A DNA stretch of 64,000 nucleotides from Eledone cirrhosa (GCA_964016885.1 OZ024740.1:69440001-69504000); one strand, 5' to 3'. Shown: positions 14,005 to 29,715, numbered from the stretch's first letter. Numbers and translations are program-made. The notes: generated by a model not told the origin, from the sequence alone.

Positions 14005-14112
14005 AATTGTTTCTACTTTTGGCACAAGGCCAGCAATACCCAGTACATTACTGGTACATTATTTTATCGACCCCTTAAGGATGAAAGGCAAAGTTAACAT
14101 AGACGGGATAAT
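14005..14112 (-). mobile_element. SINE family A, partial
   Basis: ggcacaaggccagcaatacccagtacattactggtac...ggatgaaaggcaaagttaac. Confidence 0.75.
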
Positions 14113-14254
14113 CCCAACTTGTTAGACAGTCAAAAACGTACGTTGAAACTGCTAGTGTTAAATTTGAATGAAAATTTAAAATTGGTACCTCACTCAGAAG
14201 TTCGAAAAATATATTACTTATACACACAATCACACACACAGACACACACACACA

Positions 14255-14312
<58 letters not shown>

Positions 14313-14317
14313 ATATA

Positions 14318-14396
<79 letters not shown>

Positions 14397-14734
14397 ATAT
14401 GTGTATTATGTATGTGCGTATAAGTGATGCCTACCATTGCATGTCAGTGTGAATTCCTTTTTCATTTAATTGCAAATTGAATGAACATTTAAAAAATGAC
14501 TCAACCGTAATATTAGCCAATCGATTAATATAACTCAATATAACTGAATACCCAGCTAAGTACCGTTGTTGATATAATTGCCTAAACCCATGAAAGGCTA
14601 TGTTACATGGACGATATTATGTATCCTTTATTTGTTTCAAATTTAACAATGTAATTTTCACTGTTGTAATTATTTCTTCCATTCCAGAGGGTTCTGCTAT
14701 TCTTTCGTAAGTGGTTTTGTAGAATAGATGAAAT

Positions 14735-15112
14735 AATTGTTTCTTCTTTTGGCACAAGGCCAGCAAGTTTCACAGTACATTACTGGTACTTTATTTTATC
14801 GACCCCGTAAGGATGAAAGGCAAAGTTATCCTCGGCGGGATTTAAACTCAGATCGTAAAGGGACGTAACTATGCTGGAAAGCATGGCGTCCGACCTTCCA
14901 CCCATACAGCCAATCCAGCGCCCTCGTAATTGTTACTACTTTTGGCACGAGGCCAGCAATTACCCAGTGCATTACTGTACTTTATTTTATTCACCCCGTA
15001 AGGATGAAAGGCAAAGTTAAACTCGACGGGATTTGAACTCAGAATGGCAAGGGCCATAACTCTATGCGTCAAACCATAGCGTCCGACCCTCTACCGATAC
15101 TGACCGCCCCTA
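14735..15112 (-). mobile_element. Two tandem SINE family A copies
   Basis: Two consecutive units of about 185 bp. agaatagatgaaataat flanks the pair on both sides (about 14721 and 15113), consistent with a target-site duplication. Confidence 0.85.
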
Positions 15113-16939
15113 AGAATAGATGAAATAATGTTGCTAAAATGTGAATGTATTGATGGTCGGCAATTAGTTGAAACCGGAGCTCGCCAAATATCTTTCCTTA
15201 GATACATTCATATCTCTACCGAAAACAGACGTGTTATTCTATTATACTGATCTGAACAAAATACGAAGCATTAATATAATCACTCCACTCAAACGACTAT
15301 AGCCCACTTCTAGAAAGCCTTACAGTTTGGAAAAATCAATAATTTAAAATGAAAAATATATTTTCGAGCTACATGATAGCTCTGTTTTATCTATTCACTT
15401 CCCGAGCATGTTTGAAGTTAAGAGCTTGCTCTAGAGCAGGACAGCATTAGTGATCAAATATTCTTTAACAGCTGATACAACATGCTGCAATTTAATGTCT
15501 CCTAATTTTATAACTTGAAAACCCTAGTCGACAAATCCGTTAATTATAGAGCGAGTGGTATTTTAATTTCATGACATCCTTTTACAGTACTTCCGACATA
15601 CTACTTTACCTAGCTATCCCATTGTCCAGTTTTCAGAGTGCTCGTTTACAAAATGGACTCCGCTATGTTTCATGACAGATGATTATTTGACTCGTCAGCG
15701 TTCTTTATATATCATCAGCCTTATACAACGGTTCTTGTACGATTTAGCGGCAGACAGTTGACAGTGTGATTGACTATTAGTCAGGAAAATGACCTCTTTG
15801 GTTGTTTCATATCAGATATATTTAGCTTATCGTTCAGCAAGCTATAATTGAATAGAAGATCATAGTGGAATATAGCTATAAAGCTTTATTATCGAAACAT
15901 GTTTTCAGGGAGTTTTCTAAGACAAGAATTAAAGACAAACACGCTTGCTTCACCAATTAACGTTTCTGTAGATGTACTCCGTCTATGGAATGTGATTTAA
16001 CATTCGCATTCCATCGATAACAAATTATTTTTGTAAAAGGGAAATTATCAGTAGAGCAGTACGTTCCAGGACAGCGAACATGCTATGACTAATGTTGTTG
16101 TCATTGTGGTGGTGGTGGTAGGGTGGTGGTAGGGTGGTGATGTTATTATTGCCGTTGCTTTTGTGGTTTACACCCAGGTTAGTTCTAATAAAATTGATTT
16201 ATGGTTAAAAAGGGTTTGATTTTAACGTCATTATTTTTCTCATACATTCTACATAAAATCACCCATCCAATGCCAACTATCATTTTTAAAATATTAGTTT
16301 ATTATTTGAAAGATATTTAACTGATATGTGTATCAAATCGATTGCCCTCGTAGACGATCTTATGTTGGCTTATTAGGCCTATTCACCAATAGGGGATCTA
16401 GTGTTTTCGTGGCATCGATTTTGGTTGTACCTTTCGAGTTGATAGATCGAAGCAATGTCAATTCATAGTAGGGCCTCCAAGAATGGACGTATAAACACAG
16501 CTAACTACATACTAATAGAAATGTCATTCATTTTGAACTGTCTTGTGGCCAACCATTGTTTAAGAAAACATCAATGGTGGAGATTCAGACAGGTGCTCTT
16601 CTGGGAAATAACATTTAAGAAATGTGTGTGTTATGGAATTCAGCGTATTCGTCTCACTTCATTGTTTCTTTTCATGGCTCAGGAATGGAAGACAAAGCTA
16701 ATGCCTTTTATCAGCTCATCGCAGATTGTCGGAATGAAGAAAAAAAGATATACTCGGACGGGGACCTAACAAGAGTACTTGAAACAATGGGCTTCGGCTA
16801 TAAGACTATTAACAGATTGTGTTTTATACTTGTCTTGTTTTATCTTTTGTCAAATAGAACCAAGAACCATGCCGTAGGCATCACCTAACCCGATAATTAT
16901 TCGATTCATATGGCATTATTTTATCATTATATCTCTGAA

Positions 16940-17150
16940 ATTGACAGTATCGGTGGAGGGTCGGGCGCCATACTTTTCAGGATAGAGTTACGGCCCTTTA
17001 TGATCTGAGTTCAAATCCCGCCGAGGTTAACTTTGCTTTTCATCCTTACGTGGTTGATAAAATAAAGTACCAGTCAGGCACTTGGGTCGATTTGATCGAC
17101 TTCCCCTCCCCCAGAATGCTGGTCTTGCGCCTGTATAAGAAACCATTATA
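16940..17150 (+). mobile_element. SINE family A, full length
   Basis: tgacagtatcggtggag...gagttcaaatcccgccgaggttaactttgcttttcatcc...gataaaataaagtaccagt. Confidence 0.85.
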
Positions 17151-18114
17151 TTTCTGAAAATTAGTAATTCCTAGTGCATCTGTTTCTCTTATGTCTACTA
17201 TGATCGTTGAGATTTATGCTCCGGTTCACCCCTTAAGACTAAGTAGTATTAAGAAGATCCGTTCGAGTTTCTCAGCCGTAGACACTATTTTGGAGATGCC
17301 TAGAAAACAACAATATGAATAGATTATCTGAAACTCCAGAATTATTCTACATTGTACATTAATAGTAGTCAAGAATGAATAATTGCTAAGACAGTCTATA
17401 GTTTCTGTGTTAGTGTAAATTGTATATTATTTTCACAGATAATGTTGATGCATTTTATCATTTTGTTAGAAAATCATGAGACATGTTTATACAGATTTAA
17501 TAATTTTGTTTCATTTTTAATGAATTAGTGAGCGGAGGAAGAACAGCATCTATGACTAACTTCAGATACTGAACGGTTGGTAAGAATGAAAAGCTAAAGA
17601 ACTATAAAATCGAAGATGTGCTTCGAATAATTGCAACAAAATGATTTCCACTTAACTCAACAAATAAATCAGCTGGTGACATTAAACAGATAAGGCTACC
17701 CCTGAATAAAAAGAACTCGGCAGGCTTCCACACAGTTACTGTCTACGGCATTTCATTCATAACTTTAACGTTGTTACATGGCTTTGATATATTTGCCGAA
17801 CATGCATCATTGTGGGATTGGAAAAAAAACAACATGTTAGAACTGTTTAACAACGTTGACATGCTTACCCCCATTGTTAAGGTCACATCTATGTTTGCGT
17901 CCATTGCTATAATTGAATTAAAGCACATTTTAGATATACATTTTATTAGTTAATAAATACTGTAAAACAATAAGATTTTTCTCGAAATTGACATTCAGTC
18001 GATCAACAAGATCACAGACCTCGTCAAATTTGCTCCGAGGAAACAATGTTTCCATTGGTTTTTCAAATTGCTAATACTATCTACCGGTCGCAAGTCCAGG
18101 AAGGACCAACGTGA

Positions 18115-18220
18115 AATAAGGGGTCTTGCTCAAGGACATAATGCATCAGTTGGTCCAGGAATCGAACTCACAACCTCACGATTGTGAATCCAATTCTCTA
18201 ACGACTCAGCTATTCGCGTT
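18115..18220 (-). mobile_element. tRNA-derived SINE family B head
   Basis: cttgctcaaggacataatgc...gggaatcgaactcacaacctcacgattgtgaatccaattctctaac; B box GTTCGATTCC on the minus strand. Confidence 0.7.
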
Positions 18221-18694
18221 TCAACGCATAAGGCTCGTAATAATATCTGGAAAAGTTAAATGGTCTTCTAAACGCTTCTTTGGTGTTCAGAAATTGCTAG
18301 TTGTTTAATATATGTGTGTTTAGTTTGCTGCAAAAGATAAACAGCTGCTAAATATATCTACTTATTTATCATACATACTATCATGTAGATATTTCTCATA
18401 ATTTATTTCAATGATTTTTTTTTTTCCTACATAGATATAGGTTCTGTGCTGGAGATATATATGTTAAGTATTTATACATACTTGTGAAAAACAAGTATTA
18501 ATGTTAAGTAGTCTTGGTTTTGTATAGACGTCTTTTTCTTTCTCTTACAGACAATTCTGTTGTAAGAATGAATCTACATCACCCTATCCTTAGTTTTGTA
18601 TCCATAAAGTATCATACTACAGAAATCTTAGCTTTTGTTAGAAATGTTTAAAACAATATAAATTACAACATACATTGAAATGTGCTGATTTTAA

Positions 18695-18860
18695 GAACGG
18701 TGAATTAACTAGATCATTAAAACGCCGAATTAAATGCATCAATATTGGGTTTGGATCTCTGCGCTCTGAGTTCAAATTCTGACGATGTAACCTCGTTTTT
18801 CTCCTTTCGAGGTCAATAAATAAAGTACCAGTCAAGTGATGGTGTAATTGGTAGAGTCTT
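18695..18860 (+). mobile_element. SINE family A, diverged
   Basis: ctctgagttcaaattct...ctttcgaggtcaataaataaagtaccagtc. Confidence 0.65.
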
Positions 18861-19884
18861 ATATGGGATGGTTTGGAATTCAATTCTTTCTGCTATATTT
18901 GCAAGGGGTAGATAGTATCAGCAATAGAATCATTAATTCTTTGTTTGGAACTGTCAATTATCTTATTCCCTTTCTTCTTCCATCAACTTAATTACAAAAT
19001 ATATTTGAATCATTATTGATACTTTATGATAATGTTTTATGTGGGAGATTACATGGAAGAAAACTTATCAAATAAACTCCAGCAAATTTATCTTCCATAT
19101 ATTATAGGGCAAAATTACTTCTGCAATTACAATTAGAAGTACTAATTGCAAATAGATTGTTAACTATAATTTTAGTCTTTCTGCTGTGTAATATCTAATA
19201 ATATATGTGTTCATATTTTGAGGGTATATAACATCATTATACATTATGAATATTAAAGATAAATTATCTAATGCTAGAGTTAAACATATTTACTTTCTTC
19301 TAGACTAAAGAAATATATAATTTCGAGCGTGTTTGTGGGTATTTCTAAGGGTGCAAACGTAATTTAAAACCAGGTCATTATATCGATTTACATGTCACAC
19401 ATACATTGTTCGCTACTATTCTACTGCTATCATAATGAAACAGCCAATTAAGTAACTGGTATCGATCGCAGGAAAATGTAAATCAATAACATTTGATGTT
19501 AACATCTTCCAAATTACAAATGTAAGCAGTGAAATATAACACGATTTTTATGGTTGGCAGATATAGGTTAGATCATAAACAACTAGTTTAACGAAATGAT
19601 ATATTGTGGTTCCATCAAAGAATAGATGTACGGAAAAATTAAACTACAATAAAATGGATAAAATTCCGATTAGATTTTAGGTATAACGTGTGCCCTTCCG
19701 TGACGTAGAATACTAGCAATTGCTTTAAATAAACTTCTTGCCATTTTTCTGTCAATGATTTTAATCTATAAGTAGACACAGCCATAATGTTACTGATTCG
19801 TATCTAGAACTTACATATGAAATAATATAGATTCTTCCAAATATAGCATATCTGTAATTCTCTTCAGTTATAAAACATCGAAAT

Positions 19885-20092
19885 GGAGGCCATTAGAACG
19901 TCTTATTAGATGCTATGTCTATGTGTTTCCGCTTTCTGCACTCTGTGTTAAAATCCTCCCATGTCAACTCTGCCTTTCATCCTTTCGACAATATTTTTGA
20001 GCGGTAACTTAACAGAATTGTTGAAGAGTTTTATGGGATGCTTTGCAGTGCCTGTTCAAGTTCTGTGTATTCTGTGTTGAAATCCTGCCTCT
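19885..20092 (+). mobile_element. Two diverged SINE family A heads
   Basis: tctgtgttaaaatcc...caactctgcctttcatcctttcg and tctgtgttgaaatcctgcc. Confidence 0.55.
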
Positions 20093-20789
20093 TATCATTG
20101 GACGAGTTGGAACACATCAGCAACAGATGGACCAATTGAAATATAATCTGCATTGTTCGTTCTGACGATTTATTTCCTTTTCTATTATTTACAAAATATA
20201 ATACCATTGATTCAGCATAATTATAAAGGTAACCTATGGTGTTAATAAATGACTGTATGAAAAACCTTCATCACCGTTAAAGCACATCTGATAATGCTTA
20301 CGGTGATATGAGTGTGGGGCAAGGGTAAATACTTATTCATTCGAACAGAAATTTGCTACGGCATTTTTACCTGAATGGGTTATCGCTATTAAGTACATTC
20401 TCATTTGTATTGCACGTGAACAAGAGAAAACAGCAATGTCCATGACAAATTTTAGTGCCTGGATTTTGAGAAATTCGTGAGAAGAAGAACAAGGTATTCT
20501 CAAACATGGTCCGAATGGTTGCAAAAAAATGGACCCCATTAAAGGAAACCAAGCGCTAGGTTCCTTTAAGAGGGCAACAAATTAAGTCAACTACCCAAGA
20601 CCTAGGTATCCGAGTAAATCTTTCAATAAAGCGCCCTAACTTGGCAGCAGTCTAAAATAAGATGCCAGTAAAATATTGATAAAATAAGATGTGAAATATC
20701 TTAAATAAAGACATATTCAGTATCCGTGGATAAAAAACAATGCTCAATCTAATACAAGAGAGTTTATTTAGTTTATATTAAAATTTCAT

Positions 20790-21680
20790 ACACTTAAGAT
20801 ATATGCGCGACCTTCGTTTTCGGGGTCCATTTATAGCTAAAACTGTATAGTGGAGGAGCCGTTATAAAAATGGCCTCTCTGCTCGAGTTCAAGGACAAAA
20901 TTTAAAGAACAACCGTTATTTCACGGAATACGGAGAGTTTTCCTCGTGAACAAATGGGCTACTTCAAGCCACCACCCAAAAAACTAAATTATAATACTAC
21001 AGCACTACATGCTTTGTATTGATGTGTATTTGTGTGGTTTAAGTAATAAGTTAATCTATGTGTATGCATAATATGCGAGTAACTTGAGTTGTAAATTATT
21101 TATAAAACACCTTAAAGGACCTTAAAGGAGCTCGTTACAAAACACAATGGATCGTATATCGTAAACTGCTCATCCTTAAAAACCAAGCAGATGATACTCT
21201 TTGGGAAATATTGGGGTGCTGGACGAAGTATTTCTTCTCTCATAAGCGCACAAAGAATTTTGTAAAGGTAGGGTTGAATAGAAATGTAAGTATGTTACCT
21301 AGTTTGTAACGTATTTTGTAAAACTTAAACCACTTCTAAGATCTTACTAAGAAATTAAAACCTGAACTCTTAAAAATATGAAGGGCTTTGTGATGTGGTG
21401 TATATCTTGTGTGTGTTTGCTTGGTGTGTGTTTGCTTGTTACAGGTGTATTGTTCAGGCGTGTAAAGGTGAGAGAGAAATAAGATATCTTCTAAAAGCCA
21501 TCTCCTGTCCAACTGGAAAGCCACACCCTGACCTTATTGCGTGAAGTAACGTATTTTTTTTAAAGATTGTCCTTGCGCCTGACGAGAGAGGCCAGTTTTA
21601 GAACGGCTCCACATATATACAGTGGGGGGCCTTAATTAATCCACGAAATCTAAGGTCGCGCATACATGTTAATTGTGTGG
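20790..21680. mobile_element. Non-autonomous DNA transposon/MITE with imperfect TIRs of about 90 bp
   Basis: tatgcgcgacctt...ctgtata..ggagccgttataaaaatggcctct on the left mirrors agaggccagttttagaacggctcc..tatacag...aaggtcgcgcata on the right. No internal ORF. Confidence 0.7.
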
Positions 21681-22350
21681 ACTGTTAATATATACTATAT
21701 TCATGCGCATAGAAATCATGCATATGGGATCTGTTATAAGTGTTGTGCGTGAAGGATATCTTGATTTTTTCTTTATCATTTTTGTATCTAATTTATAGTT
21801 CATGTCACGACACTATTTGACTTTTCTTCGGCATCAGCTAACATAAGAAAACATTCATTGCAATACAAATATACAAATTAATATAAAAAGTAAAGCGTCT
21901 AAAGAATTTTAACTATTTGTCATAACATCCCTAAATTCACTGAAAAGACTGGATTTAAATTTCTTTAAGATTATGTTATATTTATTTTTTTCTCGGAGTG
22001 CTTTTAACTGTAGTCTAAGTGTGTGAGTGTGTATGTCGTATGGAGGTATTACTATCTGTATTTTTTATAACTATAACACATTTGTTATATTGGTGTGCAT
22101 ATAGCTTTCATAAAACCATTCGTTGACAGTTTATATTGCCTATTTAATAGTATAAAAGCATTTTCTCTACGCGCGCAGACAAATAAATTGAAGTAAAGAA
22201 TGTTTCCAGTGGAAGGGGCATCAGGCCAATATATTTATGTATTACGTTTTACATAATTTTACGTGAATGACATTTGGTTTCAAATTCACCTTCTCAACTG
22301 TCACATAAATTGAAAATATATGAAATTAAAATAATTGATTGCATGTGTAA

Positions 22351-22421
<71 letters not shown>

Positions 22422-22508
22422 TATATATATATAAGTATATATATATATTAGTATATGTATAAGTATATATATATATATATTAGTATACATATATTAGTAT
22501 ATATATAA

Positions 22509-23226
<718 letters not shown>

Positions 23227-23794
23227 AGAGAGATTGACAGAGAGATACATACCTATATATATATATATATGTGTATGTATATATATGTATATATACACAT
23301 CCTGCAGGACTAAAAACAAAACCTGTCAAAGGGCAAAGGAGCTCTTAAGAGTCAATGGCCATCCAAAATCACCGGGAGAGATGACCCCTTAGCCTATGTC
23401 AAGGCAGAATTCTAGGAGAAGGAAAACTCTGATATAACACCTGCAACTCTGATGGTATCCAATGATGTCGACTTGTTATTCCTTTTGGTAAATATCATCT
23501 TGGTTAAGAGAGTGGGACTGGCTTTGTGCAGTGCCTTTGCTCACTATAAAAGCTTCACGGCACAGTCATTGCTTTATATCTGGAGATCTCTCTGCGCTTG
23601 TCGTCACATGGTACCAAGGGCCCAGCACTATGTGTCAATAATTGTCACAAGTGTAGTGTTTGTACCAGAGTTTTCAAGTCGCTGGCTGGACTAAAAAGTC
23701 ACACTTGTTCAGCGCATCGGTAGGAGTTCTCCTACATGGATATAAAATAGTGACCGTACTCGCAAACGAGTTGGCAGCCACCGTATATATATAT

Positions 23795-23857
<63 letters not shown>

Positions 23858-24579
23858 GAGAGATACATACCTATATACATGCGTGTGTGAGTGTGTGCGT
23901 GTTGTGTGCGTGTCTGTGTGCGTATGTTTGAATGCTGTGAGAATGTGTGTAAGTGATTACTATGTTGTTTTGTGAATATGTGTATTTATATAACAATTTA
24001 TCTAAAGTCTATATATACGTTTTATATACGCTTGGATGAATGTTATATATGGCAGAGTATACTGGATAATTTACTCTCATATACCTGGAACTGAATATAA
24101 TTTGAATATTCCTCACTACTATGTCATTGATGAATTCATATATGCCTCTCACACCATCTCCATCTCATTTTCTTTATCTCATATTTCTATATGTCTATAT
24201 ATATATTTTTTCCAAAATGGCTAACTTATTACATTCGTGCTTTTTGCTCAAACTGTTTATCCATTCCTTCCTCTTCTCTGTCTCTATCTTTCAATTTCAG
24301 CTTTTATTCCTCATTCTATCTTCTGATGAATGACTACTTTCCGAGATGTAACAAATCTCTTCCTACATTAACAAGCCCTAAATTAATATATTTCGTCAAT
24401 ACACTTTGCTCTTTGTGTTGTTTGATTCTGATACTTTCAGATATACGTGCGTGTGTATGCATGTATATGCGTGTGTGTGTGTGTGATTGCATGGTATGGG
24501 CGTGTGTGTATAAATATATGTATATGTATATGTATATATATACATTCACACACACACACACATATAGATCTATATATAA

Positions 24580-24758
24580 TTGTTTCTACTTTAGGTACAA
24601 GGCCAGCAATCAACCAGTTCATTACTGGTACTTTATTTTATCGACCCGTAAGGATGAACGGCAAAGTCAACCTCGGCGGGATTTGAACTCAGATCGTAAA
24701 GGGACGTAACTATGCTGGAAAGCATGGCGTCCGACCCTCTCCCGATACTGCCAATCCA
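24580..24758 (-). mobile_element. SINE family A
   Basis: Near-identical to 14735-14920. Confidence 0.85.
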
Positions 24759-24759
24759 A

Positions 24760-24945
24760 TAATGAAGAGTCGGAACAGGACGGCTAAGCTCTTGCCATTT
24801 GAACATATTCTGAAACTAGCCCGTTGAAACAGCAATGGCTCAGCTGTGGGTCCCGATTCTTTATAATATAGACATACTCTACTACCCCAAGTATCGGGTA
24901 ATCTTTTGAGTAATGGTCTAACTAGTTTCAAACTGGTTCTATATT
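24760..24945. mobile_element. Diverged fold-back PLE terminus remnant (same family as 5690 and 40892)
   Basis: aagagtcggaac..cggctaagct...gttgaaacagc..ctcagctgtgggtcccgattctt, plus tail actctactaccccaagtatcgg...gtaatggtctaac. Confidence 0.5.
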
Positions 24946-24962
24946 GATACACACACACATAC

Positions 24963-25101
<139 letters not shown>

Positions 25102-25640
25102 AATATGTAAACATTTTGAAGGCTATGAATTTGAAAACTGATTGCGTAGCGCCATCTAGTCTATGCCAGAAGAAACTAAGGGCGGGTAACTGCTGACGAC
25201 AATGACGCCATCGTTTCTGACTATGGTCGTTATCAAGCCAGTGCAACTATCCTGCTGGAACTCCATAAAGGCGAAAACATATAATTTAGAACCCTATGTA
25301 CATGGGCTGGCTCGGCCGGAAAATAAAATGAAGGTGATAGTTCTAATATAGCTGTGTATACGAAGTATGTGATTTTTGTATATCTAGCGATGTACGGCAT
25401 GTTTGTGAATAAACATCTTAAAAGCTTTATGCTATGAATTTGGACATGGCTATGTCTCCAAGCAATCCCAGCCGGGCTTCTGCCGCTTGTTTTTGCCTAT
25501 AAAATATGTCCAGTAATTCTTTCCTGAGAAATTCTAACTGTGGTCTGTTCATGAGATATGAAGATTGTGAACAGGATAGGTGACAGTACGTACCCTCGGA
25601 ATGACCCGGCACCACATTTAAGGGTTCGACGCATCACGAT

Positions 25641-26500
25641 TTATCTGAACAAAAATACTAAAACATACTCATAGAGACATAATGGCAATAAGAATCTGTC
25701 AATCGATCCCAATCTACTGCAGGTCAGTTCAGAGCTCAGCCTATCTTTTAACACGGACTTCCAACAGAAGATCGAAAGATAAAAGACAATAACAAAATCA
25801 ATTATTGAACTCTCTCTCTGATTTCCCTTATCATACCATTTGCGTTTATGAATGCCACTGTGCTGGAAGAAGGTGTACATAATAGAAAGTCCATTACTAG
25901 AACAGAAATCTAATAAGGCCTCTTCGTTCGTATTTAGATCTGGATCGCTGTTGCTTCCACTCACTCCTTTCCATGTCAGGTGACCAGTGCCAACCCAGGC
26001 ATTGCAGTCTCCAGTTAGGATAAATATCTTAATTAGAACTAAAGCTCCAGTGACATCACCATGGAAGGATCTGTATTTGGACCCATGGCTAGTTCATAAA
26101 CTTGCACCACCCACAGATAGCTATATTTCAACCTAAGCTTCAAGAGAGAAATTCTTCATCCTAATGGTATCCAGTCCATTCTTATAGCCCTTGACTTGTA
26201 AGTATCCCTACTTCAAACTATGCAGTCAAGTCTGGCGCTACACTTGAATAGTGAAGTTTCCACCTTCCATCTAAATCTACAGGACCATATACACGGATTT
26301 TCTTCAGGAAACTGCGACTATATCTAGCTGGTAGCATCTAGCTTCCTCCACTAGATTTTATCCTTACCTTTAAGAGTTGTAATATTCCAGCTTCCAATTT
26401 TTATGGATTACTCTCTTCCAAGCCCTCTTTGGGGGACTCAGAATTCTCAAACTTTGTACGTCCGTCTCACGCCTCCAAGGAAAGGTCGCAGCCCCATCGC
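25641..26500 (-). mobile_element. LINE (RTE-like) AP endonuclease fragment, degenerate
   Basis: NEEALLDFCSSNGLSIMYTFFQH...W...SIIDFVIV, plus upstream IGSWNITTL and LTGDCNA motifs typical of APE domains. Confidence 0.8.
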
Positions 26501-28921
26501 CAGTTTTTTACAGAAATGGAGATCGCAATATGATTTTTTGTACAGGTCTGGAAATGTTAACCCACACGTAGGATGATCTGGTATGGTTCTGTTTGTTACA
26601 CCACATTATATTATAGTTTTGCTCACTCAATAAACTGCTACTATTCTCAGACCCATGAAACTATACTCACTGACTTATAGCTACATCAGTGGGTTTGGAA
26701 AGTTTCCTTGGGGCTTACACATTGATCCATCTCCCCTATTATTTTACCGCTGTTAGTCCAGGGTTGCTTATTCGTCCGACACATGCCCGTTTCTATCGCA
26801 ACTATCCATTATATCTGGTGACCATGTAGCTATCTGACACCTGCGATAATAAAAGATATATATTATATATAATCAGGCGTATGGCATATATGTATTATTA
26901 ACTCGTGGTTATGTCTCTATACGTGAAGTTATACAAGGGATAACTCAACCTATATCATGCAAAATAAAAGTCAATTTCCTTTCTTGATATAAATTTCAAT
27001 AATTAATAGTTAATCATGTTTGAGATTTTAAGATATCAAGAAGTGGAGCATATAATCATGCTAATAATGCAATCAGGAAACATCAGCAACTGTATCAATG
27101 CTGTAGGGCTGCTTTGAACAAAACTTCTTATTTTAATAGCCAGAAAATCTAACAATAATCTGATGCGAATAGATTTCTAGTATATTTAAATTTAAGATAT
27201 AGATAACTACTTTGAATCCAATCGGCATTGTACACATCCTTCAAAATACATGTGATGATGGTTGATACGCAGGAGCAAATATTTCGAAAGGTTTTTATTT
27301 ATCTGAAGATGCAGATGATAATTCAAAAAACATACTCTTTTCATCCAATGCTGTCAATGTTTACTCGAGAAATGAACCTTCTCGTCGAGATGTATTTAAA
27401 TAATAACTAAAAGGAAATAGCAAAATTTGGCGCTGTTAATTTTGATATGTTGAGATTGCTTAACAATACAAACATATAAATAGATATTTCTATTTCTAAA
27501 GAGATAGAGGGAGTGTAGAGTCTGTGAATACATGAATTTGATTTGAACATGCGTGAACAAGTGACCATATATATGTATATGTTTGTTTGTATATATTTAT
27601 TTATGTTCGAGTATAGAGAGAAGTGTTTGGGATAGAGATAGATAGATAGAGAGGGGGGGGAGAGGAGGGAGAGAGAAAGAGGTAAGCAGACAATTAGACC
27701 TACATGTAAACCAACTAAATACCGACCATGGTAATGATGGAAAATTTACAACATGAAATATTAAACATTACAGAATTTTGTTTTTTTCATATAAACACTC
27801 TGACAGATGAAAACATTTATATTGCTATGCAATTAAATTAAAGAGAATGTAGTTTGAAAATATATTTAGCAGAAACATAAAAATATAATTTACAAGCTTT
27901 GTTTCCAGTAATCAAATTTTATTTCTTTACAAATCTAAAGTTTAAGACAAAACAAGAACAGAAAGAGAAGTGTTTGCGATAAATTCGATGCTCTTGCTGG
28001 AGGCGATGATTGTGACAATAATGATTTGTTTTAAATAAGAAACATCTAGCAAAAAAGAATTTTAAATGAATTGGTTCGTAATTTTGTCGCAAATCCCTTA
28101 CAGCCATAACAACACTTTAACAAGAATATTTGCATTAAATCTATTTATAAAGTGGACGTCTATGTATCTATTTTGAACAAGAGAAGAACTAAAATAGATG
28201 TTTTTTTTTCTTAGAGTGGGCCAGTAAGACAAAAATATAATAATCTCACTAGGCAAAGGTTATTTGAATAAAATTATTTTTTTAATATGTACCAATAAAG
28301 CTAAATTTAAATTATATTTTAAATACCCAAACAAACACGCGAAACTTATTAAATAAAATAACGTATCACGATATAAATAAATATAAAAAAATGTATATAA
28401 TTTGTAAACAATTCTTTTGGAAATAATTGTCTCCAAAAGACATTGTGATTTGCACTACAAATTTTAAATCAAACCAAATTCCATTTAGCTTTGGTATTGT
28501 TTAGAATCCAACTCACAAACTCCTGATAATGAATCCGACTGTCTAAGCCCAAAGCCATGCGCATTCACTGTACTACAAACACAAGAATTATGGATTTTTT
28601 CATCTCACCCTCTTTGGTTTCGATACTGCCTTAATATTAAAAAATGTAATCGTCTCTATAATTTTGTTCGCTGCTTTATTGTCAAGATTAAAATAAAGAG
28701 TATGCTAATATATTATTTAATCGATTTTTTGGTTTACAAATATAATTTTCTATTTGTTTACGCAAACGTTCTTTTGTAACCAAGTCAAAACTGAATGATC
28801 TCTACTAATAAATTTACTTAACCTTCGAAGGTAATTTTTTAAAACACTAACACAACAAACGTTAACCGAATTTTGCATAGTTTTTCAAATAACATTTGTC
28901 AGATCAAGTAGCGTTGTCTGA

Positions 28922-28975
<54 letters not shown>

Positions 28976-28978
<3 letters not shown>

Positions 28979-29715
28979 TATTTTTATATGAGTCCCCAGT
29001 GTCCGCGCATTGCCTGGAGACTTAGCTGAGAATAGACTCCCTGATGACGCAATGAATTCTCGACGGTTATATTACGTAACTGTCTATATCCCATTGCAGA
29101 AACTAATTAGTTGGAGTGAAAATTTTAGTAAGTTAATTTTTTATTTTTTTTTTATTTTCTTATTTTACGTCTTTTATATTATTGTTCTGCATCCTCCTGC
29201 ATTGAACCACCTAGGTACTATGACATAACTTATGTATTTGCTAGCATTAGCGTACATCTGTACGCATATGTTAGTAGATATACTAAATTCTCTATATTTA
29301 TCTCCAAATTATTTATTTGTTGAGCAAACCTGCCAAAACTACTACTAATTTATTGGTGTGGTAGTAGGCTTCTGTCATCTTACCATCCCACTCCTCCCGA
29401 CTAGCCTCAGCGTCACGTGATTGATTCTTTAGAATCGGCCATTTGACCAGAGACAGCGAGCTTTTCAGTGCATGGAATCCAGTCCCCGCTAGCTGTTCCA
29501 TCTACCGAATTATTATTATTTTTATATGAGTCCCCAGTGTCCGCGCATTGACTGGAGATTTAGCTGAGAATAGACTCCCTGATGACGCAATGAATTCTCG
29601 ACGGTTATATTACGTAACTATCTATATCCCATTGCAGAAACTAATTAGTTGGAGTGAAATTTTAGTAAGTTAATTTTTTACATTTTTTTTTAAATTTTCT
29701 TATTTTACGTCTTTT
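28976..29715 (+). mobile_element. Partial tandem (538-bp period, about 1.4 units) PLE-terminus or retrozyme-like element between microsatellites
   Basis: 28976-29175 is repeated at 29514-29715. Flanked by (CT)n and (TA)n. Confidence 0.8.
29036..29117 (+). ncRNA. Type I hammerhead ribozyme (second copy 29574-29655)
   Basis: ACUCC-CUGAUGA-cGCAAUG...CAUUGCa-GAAA-CUAAUUAG-UU-GGAGU; palindromic stem III; GUU triplet. Confidence 0.85.

Noticed and set aside
16455-16888. Possible host exon or TE ORF (similar candidates at 9410-9775, 17743-17928 and 27050-27410)
   Set aside because: No recognisable domain or consistent splice structure; would need BLASTX or RNA-seq.
23306-23785. Possible RTE 5' UTR or SINE fragment (ctaggagaaggaaaactctga)
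   Set aside because: Only a short remembered resemblance; boundaries and class cannot be supported.
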